NCBI GenBank assembly: GCA_017983695.1
Contig: JAGOAX010000010.1
Coordinates: 64,716-128,715, forward strand
Origin: Ferruginibacter sp.
GTDB lineage: Bacteria; Bacteroidota; Bacteroidia; Chitinophagales; Chitinophagaceae
Reading direction: 5' to 3'
Length of the DNA stretch: 64,000 bases
The notes under the pieces are model-generated. The model made no database searches, was not told where the DNA came from, and saw only the letters and a program-made list of their open reading frames with translations. The position numbers and the translations under genes are program-made. Positions 9,115-17,374 of this stretch are shown piece by piece. Each line of letters begins with the position of its first letter. Position 1 is the stretch's first letter.

Positions 9115-10188
9115 ATGAAAATCGCTTATCTTCTGGCATTCTGCCTGTTTACAAAACAATTGTTTTGTCAACAGGATAAATCCCCAAACATTTTTATTAT
9201 TACCACCGACGGCTTTCGCTGGCAGGAAATTTTTAATGGTGCCGATTCCACCATTATGGATAACCCCAGGTACGTAAAGGATACTGCCCTGCTAAAGCAA
9301 ATGTATTGGCATAAAGACACTGATGAAAGAAGAAAATTACTGATGCCTTTTATCTGGAAAACCCTTACCAAACAGGGTACAATTTACGGCAACCGCAATT
9401 ATAATAATAAAGTATCAGTTGCAAATCCTTATCGTTTTTCTTATGCTGGTTACAACGAAATTTTTACCGGCCATGCAGATAATACCGTAATTACTAATAG
9501 CAAAAAGTATAACCACAACCAAACTGTTTTAGATTTTTTGAATGAACAACCGGAGTACAAAAACAATGTGGCCGCTTTTACAAGCTGGAATTTATTTGAA
9601 TATATTTTTAATAAAAAAGAAAGTGGCATTTATTTAAACAGTGGTTACCAAACTATAGCACATGATTCGCTTACTGCCACAGAAATTCTTGCAAACGGTG
9701 TACAGCAACATGCTGTAAACAATTTACTAAGTACCCGGAATGATATGCTGACTTTTGTAACTGCAAAAGAATACATACAAACAAAACACCCTAAAGTAGT
9801 GTATATTGGTTTTGGCGAAACTGACGAATATGCCCATAGCGGCAAGTATGACGATTACCTGCAAAGCGCCCACTTATTTGATGAATACCTTTCGCAGCTT
9901 TGGTACATGGTTAATAAAGATCCCTTTTATAAAAACAATACCAGCTTTATTATTACTACCGATCATGGCCGGGGCAGTAAAACCAACAGCTGGGTAAGGC
10001 ACGATATGTTTACAAAAGGCAGTAGCAATACATGGCTGCTGACTCTGGGCCCTAAATTTGAAGCAAGGGGTGAAATGAAAAATAATGAAGAGATTTTTAA
10101 TGATCAGCTGGCACAAACCATAGCCCGTTTATTAGGGCATGAATTTACAGCAGATCATTTTGTAGCTGAGGCAATATCCCTGCAATAA
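9115..10188 (+). CDS. Secreted alkaline-phosphatase-superfamily protein
   Basis: Signal peptide; TTDGFRWQE, GETDEYAH and TTDHGRG metal-ligand motifs. Confidence 0.8.
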   Translation: MKIAYLLAFCLFTKQLFCQQDKSPNIFIITTDGFRWQEIFNGADSTIMDNPRYVKDTALLKQMYWHKDTDERRKLLMPFIWKTLTKQGTIYGNRNYNNKVSVANPYRFSYAGYNEIFTGHADNTVITNSKKYNHNQTVLDFLNEQPEYKNNVAAFTSWNLFEYIFNKKESGIYLNSGYQTIAHDSLTATEILANGVQQHAVNNLLSTRNDMLTFVTAKEYIQTKHPKVVYIGFGETDEYAHSGKYDDYLQSAHLFDEYLSQLWYMVNKDPFYKNNTSFIITTDHGRGSKTNSWVRHDMFTKGSSNTWLLTLGPKFEARGEMKNNEEIFNDQLAQTIARLLGHEFTADHFVAEAISLQ

Positions 10189-10196
10189 TGGCTGTT

Positions 10197-10469
10197 TTAT
10201 TTGGCTTTTTTAAGCGCAGGTTTTGCAATTTTTTTCTTTACTGTCTTTGCTGATTTAGTAACCACTTTTTTAGTTGGTTTAGCAATTACTTTTTTAACTG
10301 GCTTCTTTTCTATCCCAGCTACCAGTAATTTTGCAGCCTTTTTGATTCTTTTGTTAAATTTCTTTTCGCCAAGTTGCACCTTTAAAGCAGTTAGAGTGGT
10401 ATGCAACTGTTCTGTAACTGTTTTCAATATTTTTTCGCCAGCAACTGTAGTTTTCTTTTCTTTTGACAT
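10197..10469 (-). CDS. Small Lys-rich protein with histone H1-like tail
   Basis: Start at MSKEKK; C-terminal half KKPVKKVIAKPTKK...KKAK. Confidence 0.7.
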   Translation of the reverse strand: MSKEKKTTVAGEKILKTVTEQLHTTLTALKVQLGEKKFNKRIKKAAKLLVAGIEKKPVKKVIAKPTKKVVTKSAKTVKKKIAKPALKKAK

Positions 10470-10619
10470 CTGTATTTTATTAAATGATAACACAAACTTA
10501 ATATAAGATCAGGATTTCCAATGTTAAGTTTTAGCAGCGGTACAACAATTGATGCATTGCACTATTTTCCTGTACCGGCATTGGGATGTACCGGATAATA
10601 ATTTTAGATGAGCAAAGGC

Positions 10620-10790
10620 CTATTTCATTTTTTCTTCAGTATCCACATCCCCTTCTTCATTTTTTACTTTGTGGTAATCATTGTTCTGCTGTTGTTCAAA
10701 TTCTTTTTCATCCTTTGCATTGCGCTGCACCAGAAAAACAATTAAAGCAACGAGTGCTATACCCACAATAATTATTACTGTCCAGTTCAT
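10620..10790 (-). CDS. Small single-pass membrane protein, 56 aa (not in ORF track)
   Basis: MNWTVIIIVGIALVALIVFLVQRNAKDEKEFEQQQNNDYHKVKNEEGDVDTEEKMK*: TM helix plus charged tail. Confidence 0.75.
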   Translation of the reverse strand: MNWTVIIIVGIALVALIVFLVQRNAKDEKEFEQQQNNDYHKVKNEEGDVDTEEKMK

Positions 10791-10871
10791 ACATTTAAAA
10801 TTTGACTAAAGTTAACCTGTTTTTTGGGTAACGCATATTAATTCCCCTGTTATTGCTCCAAAAAAACTATA

Positions 10872-10926
10872 GTAACATTGTCTTAATAGTGGGGTAATAA
10901 TTTAGTAAAACACCGCCGGTAATTTG
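10872..10926 (+). promoter_or_regulatory. Putative Pho-box array (4 x 11 bp) plus degenerate -7 element
   Basis: gtaaca 10872, ttaata 10883, gtaata 10894, gtaaaa 10905; TTTG at 10923 (18 nt offset). Confidence 0.7.
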
Positions 10927-10944
10927 CAGTATAAAAATCTGTTG

Positions 10945-11637
10945 ATGCAAACTAACCCATCTATGTTTCGCCAAAATAAAATATACTTTACCGGCCTTAT
11001 AGCAGTATTATTATTCAGTACCCTGTTTTTATTGATCAATGGTAAAGCTGCAGCTTTTATTTCGCTTAACAGCTACCACCCTTTTTTATTGAACGTTTTT
11101 TTTATCAATTATACTTTTATGGGTGATGGCATTTTTGCATTGTGCCTAACTGCCGCAGTACTTTTTTATTTTAAAAGAAAACAAGAGGGTTTAGCATTAT
11201 TGTATTCATTTTTAATCTCCGGCATTGCTGTACAAATAATAAAAAACCTGGTAAACAGCCCAAGGCCAAAATTATTTTTTGAGGCTGGTCAATATTTACA
11301 TTTTATTGATGGGGTAAGCCTTGCAAATAATTCCAGCTTCCCGTCGGGCCATACAGCTACAGCATTTGCAATTGCCACAGTAATGGTGGTAATGATGAAA
11401 AATAAAAGCTGGCAGTTGTTTATTTTGATTGCAACAGTACTGGTAGGCTATTCCAGGATCTATTTAGCGCAACATTTTTTACTGGATATAATAATTGGTG
11501 CAATAATCGGTAGTGCATCTGGTGTATTATCGGTTTACTTAGCCAAAAATATAAAAGGCATTAAACGATCCATTAAAAAAATGCATCGTTTGTCTCCCGA
11601 TACGGCACCATTACCATCTGCCATACAGCCCGTATGA
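10945..11637 (+). CDS. PAP2-family membrane phosphatase
   Basis: C1 KNLVNSPRP, C2 SFPSGH, C3 SRIYLAQHFLLD; track start 10924 lies inside the -7 element so ATG 10945 (or 10963) is preferred. Confidence 0.9.
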   Translation: MQTNPSMFRQNKIYFTGLIAVLLFSTLFLLINGKAAAFISLNSYHPFLLNVFFINYTFMGDGIFALCLTAAVLFYFKRKQEGLALLYSFLISGIAVQIIKNLVNSPRPKLFFEAGQYLHFIDGVSLANNSSFPSGHTATAFAIATVMVVMMKNKSWQLFILIATVLVGYSRIYLAQHFLLDIIIGAIIGSASGVLSVYLAKNIKGIKRSIKKMHRLSPDTAPLPSAIQPV

Positions 11638-12017
11638 ATACAATGATTGATACCCGGTTTTTAAAGTTTGGAATAGTAGGATTAAGTGGCATGGCAATAG
11701 ATTTTTCTGTTACCTGGTTTTGTAAAGAGAAGTTACGCCTCAATAAATACATTGCTAATTCCACAGGATTTTGCTGCGCTGTTATTAATAATTTTATACT
11801 AAACCGCTACTGGACGTTTGGCAGCAACGGACATCCATTTGCCGGACAGTTTGCAAAATTTATTTTGGTTTCTCTGACAGGACTACTTATCAATAATTTA
11901 TTACTTTATTGCTGCTCAAAATATATCAAAACCAATTTTTACCTCATAAAACTTATTGTAACCGGCCTTGTTTTTTTCTGGAACTACTTTATAAATTTTC
12001 TTTTTACGTTTAATTAG
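11634..12017 (+). CDS. GtrA family lipid-linked sugar flippase
   Basis: 127 aa, 4 TM, KFGIVG...NFILNRYWTF; ATGA overlap with upstream gene. Confidence 0.9.
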   Translation: MNTMIDTRFLKFGIVGLSGMAIDFSVTWFCKEKLRLNKYIANSTGFCCAVINNFILNRYWTFGSNGHPFAGQFAKFILVSLTGLLINNLLLYCCSKYIKTNFYLIKLIVTGLVFFWNYFINFLFTFN

Positions 12018-12024
12018 CTGCAAT

Positions 12025-13572
12025 TTGAATTATAAAAAGAAAACCTTACTGCTTATTGGCTTTGCTACTTTATTGCGCTGGATTACCGCAGGTTGTATTG
12101 AGTTGGGTAACGACGAAGTGTATTACCGTATGTATGCACAGCACCTGCAATGGAATTATTTTGACCACCCGCCAATGGTAGGCTGGCTTATCAGGTTTAC
12201 AACTGCCAATCTTTTTTTTGATAATGAAATATTCATAAGGCTTGCTGCAATTATTGCTGCAGCCTTAACCAGTTGGATTTTCTTCCTCTCCGGTAAAAAA
12301 TTAGGTAATGACTACACCGGTTTTTTGGCTGTGGCAATTTATACGGCTACTATTTACGGAAGTATAATTGCCGGTACCTTTATTTTACCTGATTCGCCAC
12401 AAATGGTTTGCTGGGCCGCAGGTTTATATTTATTAATTGATATTGCAAAGCACTCTGATATCACCCGTATTAAAAAAAAGAAAGTAGTATGGTTTGGCGC
12501 AATAATGGGTTTAGGGATGCTTTGCAAAATTCATACTTCGTTTTTATGGCTCGGGTTTTTATTGTATATCCTTTTGTACAACAGGCAATGGTTAAGGCAA
12601 CCTGTATTATATCTCTCCGGCATAATTACCTTACTATTTTTTTACCCGGTTATACAATGGAATATCGATAACCATTTTGTTACTTATCTCTACCACAGCA
12701 ACAGGGTAAACATTAGCAAAGCCGGAATTGATTTCACGTCGTTTTTAACTTTTGCAGCAGGGCAGCTATTTTACTACAACCCGGTTATTTTTATTTGTAT
12801 TATTATAGCAACTGTTGCCGCTATTAAAAATAAATTGCCTGTATTATCTTTCCAAAAAAGAATATTGCTGCTTTGTAGCTTACCATTAATAATTACTGCC
12901 ACTATTATTTCCTTATTTAAAAATGTATTGCCGCACTGGACCGGACCGGCATACAGCAGCCTTATATTATTAACGGCCTGCTATTTTGCAAAGCAAAAAA
13001 GTGATGAAAAAATAATGCCCCAGCCCATACTTTTTGCTAACGCTTTACTTATTGTAATAATTATCAGCGGCATTATGCTGGCAAATCTTTTACCCGGCAC
13101 ACTAGGCAAAAAAGATAAGCAATTGTATGGTGAGGGAGATTTTACTTTAGATATGTATGGATGGAAAAGTTTGAAATCCGATTTTTCAAAAATAGTTGAA
13201 GCTGATATAAAAAATGGACTGATGAAACCTGGAGCAGTTATCATCGGCAATAAATGGTTTCCGGCAGCACATACAGATTTTTATGTGGCCATGCCGCTAA
13301 AAAAAGATTTTATTGCTATTGGTGATACTAATGAAATACATCAGTACGCCTGGATAAACACACAAAGGAAAAAGCTGCAACCGGGTGATAATGCTTATTG
13401 TATAGTACCCTCTAATTACAATACCGATGTACAAGCCTTTTATGATGAAAATTTTACAACAATACTACCTCCTCAAGTAATTGAGCAAAAAAGAAATGGT
13501 ACTGTTTGCCGATATTTTTATATCTGGCGGCTACTGCATTTCAAACAAAATCAAAATCCCCTTTTAAAATAA
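12025..13572 (+). CDS. GT-C glycosyltransferase (ArnT/PMT-like, family 39/83)
   Basis: DEVYY and YFDHPPMVGW motifs, many TM segments, periplasmic C-terminal domain. Confidence 0.85.
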   Translation: MNYKKKTLLLIGFATLLRWITAGCIELGNDEVYYRMYAQHLQWNYFDHPPMVGWLIRFTTANLFFDNEIFIRLAAIIAAALTSWIFFLSGKKLGNDYTGFLAVAIYTATIYGSIIAGTFILPDSPQMVCWAAGLYLLIDIAKHSDITRIKKKKVVWFGAIMGLGMLCKIHTSFLWLGFLLYILLYNRQWLRQPVLYLSGIITLLFFYPVIQWNIDNHFVTYLYHSNRVNISKAGIDFTSFLTFAAGQLFYYNPVIFICIIIATVAAIKNKLPVLSFQKRILLLCSLPLIITATIISLFKNVLPHWTGPAYSSLILLTACYFAKQKSDEKIMPQPILFANALLIVIIISGIMLANLLPGTLGKKDKQLYGEGDFTLDMYGWKSLKSDFSKIVEADIKNGLMKPGAVIIGNKWFPAAHTDFYVAMPLKKDFIAIGDTNEIHQYAWINTQRKKLQPGDNAYCIVPSNYNTDVQAFYDENFTTILPPQVIEQKRNGTVCRYFYIWRLLHFKQNQNPLLK

Positions 13573-13581
13573 AAGGGGATT
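13555..13581. terminator. Hairpin terminator between convergent remodelling operons
   Basis: aatcccctttt-aaaat-aaaaggggatt perfect 11-bp stem overlapping the stop codon. Confidence 0.7.
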
Positions 13582-13706
13582 AGTTTTTACTTACTAAAAC
13601 TACCAGGAGAAAAACTTTGCTGTTTATCAAAGTAAAAGTAGTGTGTCATTTTCATTCTGCGGTTAAGCCAGCGTTATACAATTATTAATCTTCCCATTTA
13701 TATATA

Positions 13707-15071
13707 CTACGGTTGCAAAGAAACTACTCCTGTATTTGTTAAAAACCGGCCATACCAGTTGCCGGATTCTTTTACAATTCTTTGCTGCGTTTCAAAATCA
13801 ACATACACAAGCCCAAACCTCGGATGAAACCCTTCTGCCCATTCAAAATTATCCAGTAAGGTCCAAACAAAATAACCATTCACATTCACGCCTTCTTTTT
13901 TTGCCAGCAACACCTGCGCCACATGATCTTGCAAATAAGCCATCCGTTGCCGGTCGTTTACCTGGCCATTAACAGGTTCGTCTTTAAATGCTGCACCATT
14001 TTCTGTAACAATAATTTCTTTTATACCAACATACTGACCGATCCTTTTCAACGCTTCATAAATAGCAGGCGGATAAATTTCCCAGTTCATCAAAGTATGC
14101 TCCACATTCCGCTTGTTGGCCTTTATAATTTTAGCCCGTACAAAAGGCATAAAGGGTGCATAACTTACCAGTTCCCGGGTATAATTCTGCAAGCCAATAA
14201 AATCCATATCAAAAGCCAGTTTCCCCTCATCTCCCGGATACATAAACCGTTCTATCCTTTCTAATATTTTTAATTCTTTTGTGGGATAGCCCATGCCCAG
14301 CAATGGTTCAATAAACATACGGTTCAATAAAGCATCTACTTTTTTTGCTGCAGCAATATCCCGGTCGGTATAACTATAGGGTTCAATATGAGAATAAGAA
14401 ATGGTGGTGCCTACTTTACAATCGTTACGCAGGGTTTTTATTATGCGGCCACCTTCGGCCTGGCATAACGCAGCATGATGTGCTGCTGATAAAAAATTGG
14501 TCAAGCCTTTTTTACCCGGCGCATGTACACCTAAAAAATATCCGGCTCCGGTAAATACCATCGGTTCGTTTAATACCATCCAGTGCTTAACCCTGTCGCC
14601 AAATTGCTTAATGCAGCAATCAGTAAAATATCCAAACCAGTGTATCACTTCTCTGTTTGTCCAGCCGCCTTTCTGTTGCAATGCTTCCGGTAAATCCCAA
14701 TGGTATAAAGTAATCCATGGTTCAATACCAAGTTCAAGGCAAAAATCAATAATGCGGTTATAAAAATCTATGCCCTTATGATTGATGGGACCAATACCCT
14801 GCGGCAAAATCCGGCTCCAGGAAATGGAGAACCTGTAATTGGGAATATTGAGTTCATACATCAGGGCAATATCTTCTGCATAGCGGTTGTAAAAATCGCA
14901 GGCTATATTGCCGTTGTGGTTATCAATTATTTTTTTCTTTTTCTGGGCAAAAGTATCCCATATAGAAAGCCCCTTGCCATCTGCAATATGTGCGCCTTCT
15001 ATCTGGTAAGCTGCTGTAGAAACCCCCCATTTAAAATCTGCTCCAAAATCTTCCTTTGTAAATAACATCAT
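13707..15071 (-). CDS. GH1 beta-glucosidase, cytoplasmic
   Basis: AYQIEG, YRFSISWSRI, TLYHWDLP, NEP acid/base, TENG nucleophile, DNFEW; no signal peptide. Confidence 0.95.
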   Translation of the reverse strand: MMLFTKEDFGADFKWGVSTAAYQIEGAHIADGKGLSIWDTFAQKKKKIIDNHNGNIACDFYNRYAEDIALMYELNIPNYRFSISWSRILPQGIGPINHKGIDFYNRIIDFCLELGIEPWITLYHWDLPEALQQKGGWTNREVIHWFGYFTDCCIKQFGDRVKHWMVLNEPMVFTGAGYFLGVHAPGKKGLTNFLSAAHHAALCQAEGGRIIKTLRNDCKVGTTISYSHIEPYSYTDRDIAAAKKVDALLNRMFIEPLLGMGYPTKELKILERIERFMYPGDEGKLAFDMDFIGLQNYTRELVSYAPFMPFVRAKIIKANKRNVEHTLMNWEIYPPAIYEALKRIGQYVGIKEIIVTENGAAFKDEPVNGQVNDRQRMAYLQDHVAQVLLAKKEGVNVNGYFVWTLLDNFEWAEGFHPRFGLVYVDFETQQRIVKESGNWYGRFLTNTGVVSLQP

Positions 15072-16160
15072 TTAGCCCCCTATTTGATTTAATATTTTTC
15101 CGAGGCTGATGTCTTTTAATTTTTTGGCTGAATAGGCCGTTTCTCCCAACGCAGCAGCAGCAGGAGGTTTAACTGTGCCGTGTTTCTTTATAATGCCATT
15201 GATGATTTTTTCTGTAATGTTGGGATAATTAACAGAGAGGATCAATTTGGATGTTGTCCAGGCCTGTATTTTTTCGAGGTGTTTTTCTTTTAAACTTTTT
15301 ATTACCGGCACACCCATGGTTTTTAAAGCAGCAGCATTACATTGCTGTTCGTATTGTCCCTTCATAGGAATTACCATCAGTTTCTTTTTTAAAAACAAAG
15401 CCTCTGCCGGTGTTTCAAATCCTGCTCCGCAAAGTATGCCGGTACAGTTGATCATGCTGTCAATGAAAGCATCATTACTAATGGGGCGTATGTGTACGTT
15501 TTTTTCTGTGTACTCTTTTTTAGAATGCTTGCTGAACACCTGCCAGTTAATATTTTTTACCTGGCTCAATATTTTAACAATACGTTTATCATCATAAGCA
15601 GGAAGGTAAACTGTATAATGGCCTTTATTTTCTGCAACAGCTTTGCGTACCTGGCTTCTTATTACCGGAGTAGAAATATTTTTATCGTAAGCGCCAAAAT
15701 GAAAACCGTAGGCTTCGGTAACCGGTGCATAATTATGTAAGATGGCTTTACCTACAGGATCTTTCTTTTCGGGCTTAGGAGATTTTTTATTGATAACTGC
15801 GGCCTGGTGGCTTAAACCAATACATGTTTTATGTTTCATTTTACAGGCCCAGGCGCTTACGGGTTCAAAATCGTTTATTACAAGATCGTACTGCTCTACT
15901 GGCAAACTCTTAATTTCTTTATACAGTTTTTTTAAATTGCTCTTCCGGTAAGTTGCTAATAGATCAATGCCCCCCTTCTTACCAAAAATAAAACTCAACC
16001 CTTTAAATTTATATTTTACCGGATAAGGCAATTCCACATCGGCTTGTATGCCACTTACCAAAATATCCAGCTCCCCCTTTTGCTGCAATATGGGAATAAT
16101 ATCTCTTGCCCTGCTTAAGTGGCCGTTACCTGTGCCTTGTATGGCATATAATATTTTCAT
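15072..16160 (-). CDS. MJ1255/VC2487-family GT-B glycosyltransferase
   Basis: MKILYAIQGTGNGHLSRA, DFEPVSAW, AGFETPAEAL, GQYEQQCNA. Confidence 0.88.
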   Translation of the reverse strand: MKILYAIQGTGNGHLSRARDIIPILQQKGELDILVSGIQADVELPYPVKYKFKGLSFIFGKKGGIDLLATYRKSNLKKLYKEIKSLPVEQYDLVINDFEPVSAWACKMKHKTCIGLSHQAAVINKKSPKPEKKDPVGKAILHNYAPVTEAYGFHFGAYDKNISTPVIRSQVRKAVAENKGHYTVYLPAYDDKRIVKILSQVKNINWQVFSKHSKKEYTEKNVHIRPISNDAFIDSMINCTGILCGAGFETPAEALFLKKKLMVIPMKGQYEQQCNAAALKTMGVPVIKSLKEKHLEKIQAWTTSKLILSVNYPNITEKIINGIIKKHGTVKPPAAAALGETAYSAKKLKDISLGKILNQIGG

Positions 16161-17017
16161 CAGTTGCGCATTAAATTAAATTCCTCCACCATGTTATCAA
16201 ATAAGGTACTGTTATCCAATTCTTCCTCTTCAATTACAGACGCTTTCATTTTCAGCATTTCCTGTTCATCAAATTTATATATCTGCCATTCATTGTTTAC
16301 GTATTCCAAAGCTGTTAAATTTTCTATCCAGTCGCCACTGTTTAAATATAAAATTTTTCCATGCCCGTTTACAATTTCTCTCATCTCCGGCTGATGAATA
16401 TGTCCGCACACCACATAATCGTAATTATTGCTTATGCCTATCGCTGCTGCAGTATCTTCAAAATTGTTAATAAATTTTACTGCACTCTTTACACTATTCT
16501 TTATTTTTTTTGAGAGGGAAAGTTTTCCCCTGCCAAATATTTTTTCTGAAATAAAATTTGCCACCCGGTTAATTAAAATCAGGGTATCATACCCAACAGC
16601 TCCCAATTTAGCCAGCCATTTACTATGTTGCATGGTTACATCAAATACGTCACCATGAAAAAACCAGGCTTTTTTTCCATCATCCAAATCAAGCACCACC
16701 TTGTTTACAATTCGTAACGATCCCATTTTAAACCCTGCAAACTTCCGCAGCATTTCATCGTGGTTGCCGGTAACATAATACAGTTTTACCCCTTTGCTCA
16801 TCCAGCCCATAATATGCTTCACCACTTTCATGTGGCTTTTAGGCCAGTACCGTTTGCTGAACTGCCAAATATCAACAATATCACCATTTAAGACTACAAT
16901 TTTTGGTTTGATAGTTATAAGATAGTGTAATAGCTCTTTGGCATGGCAACCATAAGTACCAAGGTGAACATCGGAGAGCACCAGAATATCCAGTTTTCTT
17001 TTTTTAGTTGCCGCCAT
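16160..17017 (-). CDS. PlcP/LpxH-like metallophosphoesterase (likely phospholipase C by context)
   Basis: SDVHLG, GDIVDIW, GNHD, HGDVFD, GHIH, NSGDW; coupled to a glycosyltransferase. Confidence 0.85.
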   Translation of the reverse strand: MAATKKRKLDILVLSDVHLGTYGCHAKELLHYLITIKPKIVVLNGDIVDIWQFSKRYWPKSHMKVVKHIMGWMSKGVKLYYVTGNHDEMLRKFAGFKMGSLRIVNKVVLDLDDGKKAWFFHGDVFDVTMQHSKWLAKLGAVGYDTLILINRVANFISEKIFGRGKLSLSKKIKNSVKSAVKFINNFEDTAAAIGISNNYDYVVCGHIHQPEMREIVNGHGKILYLNSGDWIENLTALEYVNNEWQIYKFDEQEMLKMKASVIEEEELDNSTLFDNMVEEFNLMRN

Positions 17018-17118
17018 TAACCAATTTTCAAAAACTTAAATGGCGAGCTAAGGAAAGCAATACGAAATAGAAACAGCCGCACAATAAAACTCAGCAAAAA
17101 GAATTGAAGATTTTTCAT
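17017..17118 (-). CDS. Candidate 33-aa hydrophobic small protein coupled to the plcP-like gene (not in ORF track)
   Basis: MKNLQFFLLSFIVRLFLFRIAFLSSPFKFLKIG*; stop overlaps next ATG (TAATG); A-rich leader taatttcaaaATG. Confidence 0.4.
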   Translation of the reverse strand: MKNLQFFLLSFIVRLFLFRIAFLSSPFKFLKIG

Positions 17119-17176
17119 TTTGAAATTATTGGGTTAGTAAAAAATTATCAAATAAAAAATAAAGGAACACAAACTG

Positions 17177-17215
17177 TCTTACCTGAATGTTACGCTAACA
17201 TTAAGTAAGTGTTAA
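17177..17215 (-). promoter_or_regulatory. Putative Pho-box array facing the plcP-like operon
   Basis: Reverse units ttaaca (17210), ttaatg (17199), gtaaca (17188), gtaaga (17177), 11-bp period. Confidence 0.65.
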
Positions 17216-17238
17216 TGAATACGTAGCCGTATCAATAC

Positions 17239-17294
17239 TTAATGATTTCGCAATACTGGCTTAACACAGGCTTAATAATGCAAAGGCAATTTTG
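17239..17294 (+). promoter_or_regulatory. Putative Pho-box array plus degenerate -7 element facing the choice-of-anchor I gene
   Basis: ttaatg 17239, gcaata 17250, ttaaca 17261, ttaata 17272; TTTG at 17291 (19 nt offset). Confidence 0.65.
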
Positions 17295-17374
17295 CTCCTT
17301 GATTCTATTAGCAGCAATTGTGGATTTTAAAGTATTGCCACAGTATGTATCATCATTACAGAAATATTAAACAC

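Noticed and set aside
10201-10506. 101-aa hydrophobic plus-strand ORF
   Set aside because: Phe richness mirrors the Lys codons of the real minus-strand gene
16160-17017. Firm lpxH or plcP gene symbol
   Set aside because: GNHD occurs in both groups; context favours PlcP but motifs alone cannot decide
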